In this document: positions 47,124 to 56,084 of the stretch, piece after piece
Position numbering within the stretch: the stretch's first letter is position 1
Layout: every line of letters starts with the position of its first letter
Assembly: GCA_964565615.1 (NCBI GenBank)
Contig: CAZMFO010000003.1
Location: forward strand, 2,197-66,196
Length of the DNA: 64,000 nucleotides
Direction of reading: 5' to 3'
Origin: an uncultured Candidatus Saccharibacteria bacterium
GTDB taxonomy: Bacteria; Patescibacteriota; Saccharimonadia; Saccharimonadales; JAGQNJ01
Made by a program: the position numbers and the translations under genes
Notes under the pieces: model-generated
Told to the model about the DNA's origin: nothing
Database searches by the model: none
Seen by the model: the letters and a program-made list of their open reading frames with translations, nothing else

Positions 47124-48620
47124 TTATATCGAGGCTTCCCAATCAAAGAACACATTGTCCTCTCTGTGCCCACCTCTACCTTTGCCAATATGCTCAAAGC
47201 TCTCTACGAATTCAATAGATTTAATGTATTTGGCCATCTTATAACCCCATTTTATCTCGCATCGTAGCCTAATTGGTGCGCCATGCTCAATTGGCAAATC
47301 CTTACCATTCATTTCGTAAGCTAAAATTGTATGTTTATCAAACATATCTTCTAACCTTAAACTTGAATAATAAGGTTGCCCCTGATCATCAATATCATAG
47401 CTATGAAAGACGACATATTTAGCGTTTTTTTGAGGCTTGCACATCTGCACAATGTCTTTCATAGGCAAGCCACCCCACTCGGCAACGGCCGTCCAACCCT
47501 GAATACAATGGTGTTTAGTTATTTGGTTCTTTTTCTTAAGATCTTTAATCTGCTTCATAGATAGTTCTAGCTTATTGTCCACCAAACCGCCGACCTTTAA
47601 CTTCCAGTCTTTAAAATGATTGTCTTTAAGCTTTTGATATTCTTTTGAAGTCGGAGGATAACCGTTAACCCTAAAAAATGGAGAGATATCTTTTTTGGTA
47701 TATTTTTGTTCTGATCTCATCCAGCTAAACAAAAACCTCACTACCGGAGTATAAAATCGAGTTAATACAGTCCTAAGTTTTACTTGATTATTAAGCGAAA
47801 ACACAGACGCCCAAATATTAAATGCCACCAGCAGGATCAATGCCATCAAAAATATGGTTAGTCCTAAACCAAAATCAACATCTGTATTGCCTAAAGTAAT
47901 TCGCTTTACGCTATCGTAAAAGTGAAAGCCTATCGCCATCGTTATATGAATTAAGATAAACAACGAAAAACCAGCCATAGCCAAAAAATGAATACTCCTT
48001 GCTACCTGACGACGATTTCCGAATATCTTTAGAAAACCTGGGTATTTAGCAACAAGAGCGGGGGATAGTGCCAGCCCTGAGATGATTGAAACAGGGGCAA
48101 GAATAAACACAACACCCGCATATGTTAGCTGTTGCAAGGCGTTATATGTTGCTCCTTCGGCGGGAATATTTAATGTTAGGTACTGAATCATCGTATCAAT
48201 CGCTCTAGAAAAAACGCCAATATCGGTCGGCACCAACCTTTGCCACTGCCCACTAAAAAACAAATAACCTAGATAAATTAGGCCAGTTACTACCCAAATA
48301 ATGCCCGCCGTAAAGTGCCAATGTCGCCCGGCACCTAAGTTGTGCGTGCCTCCGGGCAGAGCTATTTTGCCAGGGTCTTCTGCTTCATCAAGTGATGTCC
48401 ACAATCTGTCTTTAGGCATTATTTTTTTTCCGAAACGCAACCAATGATTGTCGGCTTTAGTGTCATCTGTCCAATATAATTTTGGATGATCATACAAAAT
48501 TTGTATTCCGCTACGAATCAGAATTATCAAACAAAAAAGATTAATCAAATGTAAAATTACCACTAAAATTGGCAAGTGTACTGATTCCATATATTTATCA
48601 TAACCCACATAAAGCTTCAT
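47124..48620 (-). CDS. fusion protein: b-type cytochrome membrane domain + molybdopterin-binding (sulfite-oxidase-fold) oxidoreductase domain
   Basis: The N-terminal ~300 aa has 5-6 TM helices with conserved His (HLINLF, GRHWHF, SIHFLAMAG, LIHITMA). The C-terminus has ITKHHCIQGWTAVAEWGGLPMKDI and EHGAPIRL, typical of the Oxidored_molyb domain. Confidence 0.7.
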   Translation of the reverse strand: MKLYVGYDKYMESVHLPILVVILHLINLFCLIILIRSGIQILYDHPKLYWTDDTKADNHWLRFGKKIMPKDRLWTSLDEAEDPGKIALPGGTHNLGAGRHWHFTAGIIWVVTGLIYLGYLFFSGQWQRLVPTDIGVFSRAIDTMIQYLTLNIPAEGATYNALQQLTYAGVVFILAPVSIISGLALSPALVAKYPGFLKIFGNRRQVARSIHFLAMAGFSLFILIHITMAIGFHFYDSVKRITLGNTDVDFGLGLTIFLMALILLVAFNIWASVFSLNNQVKLRTVLTRFYTPVVRFLFSWMRSEQKYTKKDISPFFRVNGYPPTSKEYQKLKDNHFKDWKLKVGGLVDNKLELSMKQIKDLKKKNQITKHHCIQGWTAVAEWGGLPMKDIVQMCKPQKNAKYVVFHSYDIDDQGQPYYSSLRLEDMFDKHTILAYEMNGKDLPIEHGAPIRLRCEIKWGYKMAKYIKSIEFVESFEHIGKGRGGHREDNVFFDWEASI

Positions 48621-48650
48621 GCATAATAATTGAGGGTTGAATATCGATAC

Positions 48651-49232
48651 TTACCTTGCAGTGGATTTATACCACTTTGCAAGTTCGTGCCAAGCATCTG
48701 GATGTTTACGATAACGCTTTAATATTAACTGCTCGTCTTGCTTGTTAAACACCTCGGCTATCGTTAACCCTCCGTCTGGTTCAAGTTCTACAACCTCCAT
48801 ACAAGGAGCTCGTTCTACTTTACCACGAGGCTTGGTCACAATAACACCATTAAGGTCATTGGTGAATACCTCTGTAATATTTCCGTCAGTATAAGCAAGA
48901 TATTGGTGTAGCGTTACGCGACGATCTTTAATGCCACTCATTAGCCTAATAAAATCTTCTGGCTTAAACCAATAATTAATTGACTTCATATATGCCCCAG
49001 GAAAGCCATTCAATGCCTTAATATCCCAGCTATCATCACTAACTACTACGGGCATATTTAGTTGCTCATAGGCGCACTTTGCTTTATCCCGAACTATAAC
49101 CTCTGCATCTTCACCCTGGATTTCATCAATGTCTAGCTTCACAAACTTAACTTCTATATCAAACAAAGAACAAACTGATTTGGCAATTTGTATTTTATCT
49201 GGATTAGAAGTTGCAAAAAGTATGCTTTTCAT
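48651..49232 (-). CDS. HAM1/RdgB-family non-canonical purine NTP pyrophosphatase
   Basis: FATSNPDKIQIA, IDEIQG and SDDSWDIKALNGFPGAYMK motifs. Confidence 0.8.
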   Translation of the reverse strand: MKSILFATSNPDKIQIAKSVCSLFDIEVKFVKLDIDEIQGEDAEVIVRDKAKCAYEQLNMPVVVSDDSWDIKALNGFPGAYMKSINYWFKPEDFIRLMSGIKDRRVTLHQYLAYTDGNITEVFTNDLNGVIVTKPRGKVERAPCMEVVELEPDGGLTIAEVFNKQDEQLILKRYRKHPDAWHELAKWYKSTAR

Positions 49233-50503
49233 AAATGTCTCCTTATTTCGCTGATATGTTTAATTAGTGCTTTATTGCCGGATTTGTTGGCGTAATCGTT
49301 CAAATTGTGAATAACGCCTTTGTAGTACTTAAGTTCTGCAGAGGTAAACTGCTTGGGAAGCTTGCTTGCTTCTTGATGATACAATCCAACGAAGCAATTT
49401 CGCACCGCTTCTTCGTCACCAATCTTCTTAAATACATCAATTGCCCCATTATAATTTTGTTTCTTCATTAAATACGCGCCTTGATTGTGATAAATCGCCT
49501 TCTGTAGTTGGGCTTGCTGTGATGAATGTTCGCTCAACTTTAGGGCTCGTACAAAATCTTGCTTCTGCAAGTAAAAAGATGCACCGTTTGTGCCAACTGC
49601 ATCTATCAGCTTGTTGTTATTACTCTGCAAGGCAAAACTAAGCGCTCTATCATAAAAGTTACTTCTCATAAGCTCGGCGACAGTGTTATTATAGGCAACC
49701 TCAAGATTACGACTAACAAGTTCTTGATTGCTACTAATCAAACTAGCTAGTCTTGCCGACTCTAAAATAGTAGTTGCCGGTACTTTCTTGGTGCGAAAAT
49801 AATCATCAGAAACATCCAACAAATTAATACTAATAATTTCATGAATCGGTAATATTTCTTGTTTCGGCTCATCATATTTTTTAAACTCTGCCCTCGTTGC
49901 CTCAACATCAATCCCATCAAAATGGAGCGCTACATGACCAGGGTAAGTTTTGAGTTGGAGTAATTGAACATCAAACTTTAAAGAAAACAAAGCAATATAC
50001 AGCGTCACAATCTGGTTGCAGTCCCCAATCAATGACTCACGATTTGGGTTTCGTAGCAATTTACCAAAAGTACTAGATTCGCGGTATTCATATCGCCCTC
50101 CAGCAGGAGAGAGATATTCCATTATCTGCTTGATATAAACCCAATGTTCGGCATTTTTATTAAACTGCTCGCTAGCTATCCCCAATCTTGATAATTCATC
50201 AAGTAGCTTTTCTTTATCAACCGTGTGTTGAGTTGAGTAGTCGCTAAAACTGGATTTTATGTGATCAAAATTGGCATAAAGTTGGCGTCTGGTTGACTTA
50301 CCTAAATAACGATAACCCCGATATCGCCACTCACACCATAAATTAAACACCGTAATATCTTGCTGGATCAAATCTATCACTTGTTTAGTGATTGATTGTT
50401 TAGCATCGGCCTCGCGTAAGCCATCTAAAAATTTAGCAATCCGCCGTTCATGACCATCAACATAAGGACTCAACGAATAGTATATTTTTTGTAGTATGTT
50501 CAT
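49229..50503 (-). CDS. hypothetical protein: possible transglutaminase-like Cys-His-Asp/Glu core + C-terminal TPR-like repeats
   Basis: LIGDCNQIVTLYIALF...PGHVALHFDGIDVEAT resembles the TGase-like G-x-C...H...D/E pattern. The C-terminal half has helical repeat character. ATGA overlap with the HAM1 gene. Confidence 0.45.
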   Translation of the reverse strand: MNILQKIYYSLSPYVDGHERRIAKFLDGLREADAKQSITKQVIDLIQQDITVFNLWCEWRYRGYRYLGKSTRRQLYANFDHIKSSFSDYSTQHTVDKEKLLDELSRLGIASEQFNKNAEHWVYIKQIMEYLSPAGGRYEYRESSTFGKLLRNPNRESLIGDCNQIVTLYIALFSLKFDVQLLQLKTYPGHVALHFDGIDVEATRAEFKKYDEPKQEILPIHEIISINLLDVSDDYFRTKKVPATTILESARLASLISSNQELVSRNLEVAYNNTVAELMRSNFYDRALSFALQSNNNKLIDAVGTNGASFYLQKQDFVRALKLSEHSSQQAQLQKAIYHNQGAYLMKKQNYNGAIDVFKKIGDEEAVRNCFVGLYHQEASKLPKQFTSAELKYYKGVIHNLNDYANKSGNKALIKHISEIRRHL

Positions 50504-50535
50504 CTACACTCATTTTACAAGACAAGCGCTAATGC

Positions 50536-51888
50536 TCACAATCTATCAAGTACTCTATAAATTTCTACCATAGCCAAAGTATCAAGCCTGCAATATTCTA
50601 ATAAACCACTGAGTATTTTTTCTTTATCTTTATGGTGTTTACCGTCAAGCACTGCTTCCATCCAAAGGCGTTGCGCCGAAGCACCCTCTTGAATATCAAG
50701 CTCCTTATAAGATAATTCTGGGTAGAGTACTGGCAAAACTTGCTTAATGCTGGCGCTACCGTTAAAGCGTGGGTCATCATACATTTTTGATTGAAACGGA
50801 ATCATCAAATCAACCACCCGATTATTGATTGCTTGTAGCGCCTCTTGATATTCGGGCAACATCTCACCTAGTTCGCTATTGCGCGCTTTTTCAAAACCCT
50901 CAAACCAAACTATCACCGATCCTTCGGTGCCAATATCTTTAATTAGTTGTTCGGTTAGGAGGCGAGCAGGGTCAGAGTTATTCTGATGTAAATATTCCTT
51001 ATGAGTAAGTTCAGCGCTTGGCGACTGTAAAATATGCAAAGAATACTGAAACGGTACTTGTTGATATGGGCGATGACCATCAAAGTAGGGAATCAAGCTA
51101 GATAAAGTTTCGTAATCCAAAAAATATAGCGGAAAGACAAGCCGACTTAAAAATTCTTTAATTGCCTTATGATTAATTGTTGGTTGAGCATTACTAAAAT
51201 CGGGTTCAGGCTCGTCAACTAAATTTTTGTAGATCTTAAGCCACTCTTTTTTATAACCAAATTTTGTTAAGGCAGGGTCTGGATTAGGCATCTGCTGACT
51301 GCTGGCGGTCTTTAGTGCCAAAGGCATAGATTCGGCGGTTATCGCATTTTTTTCTGCAACCTTTTCGGTTACATCCTCAATAACTGATAGCTCTCTGGCA
51401 TTGATCTCACCTTTGCGTACATACTTATTATTTACATAGGCCACCTTAACTTGACGCACCTTGTAACCACAACCTTCTAAAACGGCTTTCTGAAAAGCCA
51501 AATCAAACAAATGCTCTAGCTTGACACTTGTGCTCGACTTTATCTCGTAAAGGTCAACTATTTCGTGCGAAACAAACTCCACTATATCGCAAATACAAGT
51601 GTATTCTTGCCACTCAAACCTAGGCTGAAACAAAACTTTAGCTCCAGACTCAATCGCCTGCAAGGTGCGGGAGGGAAGAGTTGTATACTCCTCATAACTA
51701 CTAAAGCCCAGTGTGGTACCACCTTCAAACAAACCTTCAACATAAGGTTCAAACTGATGCCCTGCATCAAACATTGCTTGAGTAGATTCATCAACGGGCG
51801 GAATCTTGCTCGGATCGTTCTTTTTTACCCATAGCCACGCTGGGTGTTTCATAAACAACATATAATCCGATTTAGATATCTGGCTCAA
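50536..51888 (-). CDS. DUF2779-like protein (N-terminal PD-(D/E)XK-like + C-terminal RNase-H-like exonuclease fold)
   Basis: The N-terminal ISKSDYMLFMKHPAWLW pattern, length and architecture resemble DUF2779. The tracked start is TTG at 51888 (TTGA overlap with the upstream gene). An alternative ATG is at 51861. Confidence 0.6.
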   Translation of the reverse strand: MSQISKSDYMLFMKHPAWLWVKKNDPSKIPPVDESTQAMFDAGHQFEPYVEGLFEGGTTLGFSSYEEYTTLPSRTLQAIESGAKVLFQPRFEWQEYTCICDIVEFVSHEIVDLYEIKSSTSVKLEHLFDLAFQKAVLEGCGYKVRQVKVAYVNNKYVRKGEINARELSVIEDVTEKVAEKNAITAESMPLALKTASSQQMPNPDPALTKFGYKKEWLKIYKNLVDEPEPDFSNAQPTINHKAIKEFLSRLVFPLYFLDYETLSSLIPYFDGHRPYQQVPFQYSLHILQSPSAELTHKEYLHQNNSDPARLLTEQLIKDIGTEGSVIVWFEGFEKARNSELGEMLPEYQEALQAINNRVVDLMIPFQSKMYDDPRFNGSASIKQVLPVLYPELSYKELDIQEGASAQRLWMEAVLDGKHHKDKEKILSGLLEYCRLDTLAMVEIYRVLDRL

Positions 51889-53783
51889 ATCAATCCTTTT
51901 GCACGTAGTTTTTCTATCTGAGCACGTTCATCGTCTGTCGGCTTATTTTTAAAAGGTTTATTGTAACCAAAAATAAAGTTGGTGATTCTCTTGGCGGCTT
52001 TTTTTGTTGCAAGTTTTATGTCTTCTTTGTCCCAAGTATCTTTAGGATATCTCGTTAGCGCCAAAGCTAATGTAAAACGGCTGTTATTGTAACCGGACTT
52101 ATCTTGTATATTACTATTTTTTTTGGTTTTGAACCACTCGTTACCGATTGATTTATTGATATCTTCTTCGAGCAGTATTTTATTTCCGAGCTGGTTAGCT
52201 ATAACAACAAACTCATCTACAGTCTCAATACCGGCATCTGTGCGAATATGTCCGATATTCATGCCACTAGCCGGCATAATATGCTCCACATTAGTGTTTT
52301 CATTAAAGTTAAAAATTCCGTCATTTTCTAACGTGTAGAGATATTCGTTTAAATACGCCAGTATATTTTTGCCATAATCAGTTAAGGAAGCTATAATATC
52401 ATCTTCCTGCCAGTTTTTTCGAATATGAGCATCGAAATCTGTACAAATCTCATCAATAGTAACATTAACGTCAGTAAATTTAATTGCCTGACCAAACAAA
52501 AATGTCTTAAAGGCAGCGCTAGAATATCCAGCATCTACAAGCTCAAGTATGGCGAATAGGCGAATTAGTTGCAGGCTAATCTCTTTAGTGATTTCCGTTG
52601 TAATTTCATCTGGATTATACTTACTAAGGTAAGCTGAAAGATATAACTTAGCGTTTTCGTTGAATTTTAACAATAGTTTTACTTCTGGAAATTCTTTTAT
52701 GAAACCCCATGTTTCTGCAATACGTATGAACTCTGCAGATAATAAGACGGGGTCCTTCAATAGTTCTTTACTATGGTCAACGAAGTATCGTCGTAGCCCC
52801 GGTACCGTAACGTCAAAGTTGCCCGTACTACTCAATACATATTCTTTGGTTCGGGCGCGATTAATATACATAAACTGAGTTAATATAGCCGTTAAGTCCG
52901 AAATGCCCTGTGTATTCAAGCTAGTAGCCAATTCATTTAGCCTCTCCCATTGCGCATTAAAGTCTTCTTTATTTTCACCAGCATTTGAATATAGTTGTGC
53001 AGAGATAATATCTGAATCTGCTAAAGGTAAGCCAGTCGAATTAAGTGAATTAAACATGGTTATAGCTTGTTCCACTTGCCAACTACGTATCTCAATAATC
53101 TGACATTTTTCTAAGAAAACTTTCGCAAATCGGTTAAGCGTTGACTCTGACTTTGTTTGTAATTGATTATAAAAATACTTGAAATTTCGGAAATGCTTTG
53201 TATATTTGTTATCTTTCTGCTTACGTGGAATCCTGTGCACGTTTTTTTCTGCATATTCAAAATTTATTGCACTTAAGATAATACTAATTTCGTTCTTATA
53301 TAATTCGTTAATTGAATTATTTTCTATAATTGTCACATCTTTCACCCTAGAAAAGTCTTTGAGTGTAGCAGGTATATCTTCGTCATCAATCTTGTATAAA
53401 ATTTTCATTATTTTATTACGGTTACCCTTAAGGCCAGCTTCTAAAGATTCGGTATCTTCATCGGCAGAGATAGTATCGAGTGCAATGTTGATGTGTAAAA
53501 GTATAGCTTTTAATAATAATAAAAATGTAGTTGTGCGCTGTTGGCCGTCGATAAGGCTAAATTTGTTATTGTCAGAGCAATCCATAATAATTGTGCCGAA
53601 AAAATACGGGTCACTACCGTCGGATTCTATGAAAGCTTCGATGTCTTGCCAAAGCTTATCACAATGGGGATTCACATCCCATGAATATCCTCGTTGATAT
53701 TCAGGAATAACAAAACTCGTAGCTTTATCAAGCTTAAAATACTCGCTAATCAACTTTAATTTTGGTTCTATATCTTTTGCCAT
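51885..53783 (-). CDS. GmrSD-like type IV restriction-family protein (DUF262 + DUF1524)
   Basis: N-terminal IPEYQRGYSW...IDGQQRTTT (DUF262/ParB-like). C-terminal NVEHIMPAS...GNKILLEEDINKSIGN (DUF1524 His-Me finger). Confidence 0.8.
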   Translation of the reverse strand: MAKDIEPKLKLISEYFKLDKATSFVIPEYQRGYSWDVNPHCDKLWQDIEAFIESDGSDPYFFGTIIMDCSDNNKFSLIDGQQRTTTFLLLLKAILLHINIALDTISADEDTESLEAGLKGNRNKIMKILYKIDDEDIPATLKDFSRVKDVTIIENNSINELYKNEISIILSAINFEYAEKNVHRIPRKQKDNKYTKHFRNFKYFYNQLQTKSESTLNRFAKVFLEKCQIIEIRSWQVEQAITMFNSLNSTGLPLADSDIISAQLYSNAGENKEDFNAQWERLNELATSLNTQGISDLTAILTQFMYINRARTKEYVLSSTGNFDVTVPGLRRYFVDHSKELLKDPVLLSAEFIRIAETWGFIKEFPEVKLLLKFNENAKLYLSAYLSKYNPDEITTEITKEISLQLIRLFAILELVDAGYSSAAFKTFLFGQAIKFTDVNVTIDEICTDFDAHIRKNWQEDDIIASLTDYGKNILAYLNEYLYTLENDGIFNFNENTNVEHIMPASGMNIGHIRTDAGIETVDEFVVIANQLGNKILLEEDINKSIGNEWFKTKKNSNIQDKSGYNNSRFTLALALTRYPKDTWDKEDIKLATKKAAKRITNFIFGYNKPFKNKPTDDERAQIEKLRAKGLI

Positions 53784-53930
53784 ATCATTACTCCACTTGC
53801 ATTACATATTTTCCGACCACTTAACATAGCTACATTATACCTCAACAGCAACTAATCTATATACTCTAGTTGAATAATAGGAAATATTGTTGTGTTCCTG
53901 TATAATAATAGTTAGAGAGGATAAAAAGCT

Positions 53931-54248
53931 ATGAAAAAATCAAAAATGACACCACAAGAATACAGAAAGAGATTGATGGACGCTAGAGATAGATACTTTG
54001 GTGGTATACAAAATGCTACCTATGAGCAGAAAATCCAAGCTCAAATCGATGGTGAGTCAGTAGCAGAAGAAGCCCTAGATAGTTTTATCAGTCTAGACTA
54101 CACAGATGACTACAATGACGGCGAAAGACCTGAAGACTTCGCTAACGAAAAAATGGCAGAAGACTATAGGCTATTTATCAAAGCTTTTGACCTACCATAC
54201 CCAACTGGTAAACCACCAAAAGAAGAATTTGAACTCCCCGAGTATTAG
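53931..54248 (+). CDS. small highly acidic protein, unknown function
   Basis: 105-aa ORF with a good RBS (GAGAGGA), rich in D/E/Y. Lies upstream of radC. Confidence 0.45.
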   Translation: MKKSKMTPQEYRKRLMDARDRYFGGIQNATYEQKIQAQIDGESVAEEALDSFISLDYTDDYNDGERPEDFANEKMAEDYRLFIKAFDLPYPTGKPPKEEFELPEY

Positions 54249-54320
54249 TGTCTTATCAAATGTAATTAATTTAGCACAGGCTTTATGTTTATTGCGATTT
54301 GATGGCTATAATCAAAAACA

Positions 54321-54962
54321 ATGAAGATAACCGACCGGCGCAAAGATTTGCGACCTAGAGAGAAGCTACAAGCAAAAGGCTCAGAAAGTCTAAGTGACTA
54401 CGAACTCCTAATGGCTATTATCGGCAGTGGCAACAAGCAAGCCGATGTGACCAAAATCGCCCGTGATGTCCAAAAATTACTAAAAGAAAAGAGTAGTGAG
54501 CTGACTTACGAAGATTTGCTAGCAGTCAAAAGTCTTGGCCCGGCTAAAGCAACACAGATTATGGCGGGGTTTGAACTGTGGAGTCGGCAGTTTCAGGTGA
54601 GCGAACGCCCAATCATCGACAGCCCCGAAAAAGCAGTAGAACAGCTCGCCGACATCCGTAACAAACGGCAAGAATACTTCGTTTGCCTGACGCTAGATGG
54701 CGCTAATCGTCTCATCGCCAAGCGAGTCATCAGTATAGGCACGCTCACTGCCAGCCTCGTCCACCCGCGCGAAGTCTTTGCCGAGGCTATCACCGACCGC
54801 GCTGCTAGCATCATCGTGGCGCACAACCACCCAAGCGGAAATCTACAACCGAGTGATGCAGATAAGGCGGTGACGGAACGCATAAAAGATGCTGGCGAAC
54901 TGTTAGGTATTGCGCTCATCGACCATATTTTGCTAACAAAGACGAGTTTTGCACAAATTTAG
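54321..54962 (+). CDS. radC: RadC-like JAB/MPN domain protein
   Basis: N-terminal LRPREKL...LSDYELLAIIIGSG-type helix-hairpin-helix. The C-terminal JAMM motif is HNHPSGNLQPSDAD. Confidence 0.85.
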   Translation: MKITDRRKDLRPREKLQAKGSESLSDYELLMAIIGSGNKQADVTKIARDVQKLLKEKSSELTYEDLLAVKSLGPAKATQIMAGFELWSRQFQVSERPIIDSPEKAVEQLADIRNKRQEYFVCLTLDGANRLIAKRVISIGTLTASLVHPREVFAEAITDRAASIIVAHNHPSGNLQPSDADKAVTERIKDAGELLGIALIDHILLTKTSFAQI

Positions 54963-55031
54963 CCCACCTTTGCGTTAAAACCACATAGAATTACACTATT
55001 TTAACGCAAAGTATGCTATAATAAAATAAGC

Positions 55032-55919
55032 ATGATCAACCAAATCACTAAGAATCGTATTGAGACTTTGTTAGCACAGTATCGGAAGCTTGCAGATTCA
55101 AACAAAGAAGCTGTTCGCGAGATCGCCATCACGGAAATTCCAGAGATGGTCTATAACTCTAACGCCATCGAAAATTCCACCCTGACACTTGAAGACACCG
55201 AAGATATTCTGCTACATGATGCAGTCAAAAAAGACCACGACATCCGCGAAATTTACGAAGCAAAAAACCTCGCTAAGGTCACCGAGTATTTGCTCACCAA
55301 CCCACATCAAAGGCTCGACATCGAACTGATCTTGCATCTCCACAGCATGCTACTTGCGAATATCCAAGACGATTGGGCGGGTAGATTCCGACGCGGTAAA
55401 GAATGGGTGCGAGTCGGCAACCATATGGGTGCGAACCCCGATTTTGTATCTAGGCTAATGAGCGATTTGGTGCAAAAGTATCACCAAGATGACGCATACT
55501 TTCTCGATCGTATAGCTTGGTTTCATGCCGAGTTCGAAACGATTCATCCATTTCCAGACGGCAACGGTCGTATCGGTCGCGTGCTTATCAACCAGCAATT
55601 CATGGCGCTCGGCTATCCGCCTATTATCATCCCAAACAAAGGCAAGAAAACCGATTATTATCCAGCCTTCACTTCGTATAGCACAAACGGTACCTACGAC
55701 GATTTTACCGATTTGTTTGCAGGCTTACTCATAGAGGCTCTATATCGGCGCATTGCCATCTTGTCGTCAGTCCGGATAGTCCGCCTCTCGTTGTGGGCAA
55801 AAACCAACAAAGTCTCGCCACACACCGCATCCAACAAAGCTCGTCGTGGCACAATACCAGCATTCCGTATGCGTGGCACATGGATGATAGCCGAAGATTA
55901 TAAACCAAAATATATCTAG
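55032..55919 (+). CDS. Fic/DOC family protein (class II, N-terminal inhibitory helix) with C-terminal excisionase-type HTH
   Basis: Fic motif HPFPDGNGRIGR. Inhibitory motif SNAIEN near the N-terminus. The C-terminal LSLWAKTNKVSPHTASNKARRGTIPAFRMRGTWMI resembles HTH_17/excisionase. Confidence 0.85.
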   Translation: MINQITKNRIETLLAQYRKLADSNKEAVREIAITEIPEMVYNSNAIENSTLTLEDTEDILLHDAVKKDHDIREIYEAKNLAKVTEYLLTNPHQRLDIELILHLHSMLLANIQDDWAGRFRRGKEWVRVGNHMGANPDFVSRLMSDLVQKYHQDDAYFLDRIAWFHAEFETIHPFPDGNGRIGRVLINQQFMALGYPPIIIPNKGKKTDYYPAFTSYSTNGTYDDFTDLFAGLLIEALYRRIAILSSVRIVRLSLWAKTNKVSPHTASNKARRGTIPAFRMRGTWMIAEDYKPKYI

Positions 55920-56084
55920 ATGATCTCAAGGTAACACATAAGGCGGAGTCTGTGTTTTAGGCTAACGCATAGACCAATCAATACAATTCATCACGACATG
56001 CGAAATAGCAACATGTAAAGATGTGAAGTATTATCTCTGAACAAAACACAAATTATCCAAGAAAATGATAAAATATAGATAATT

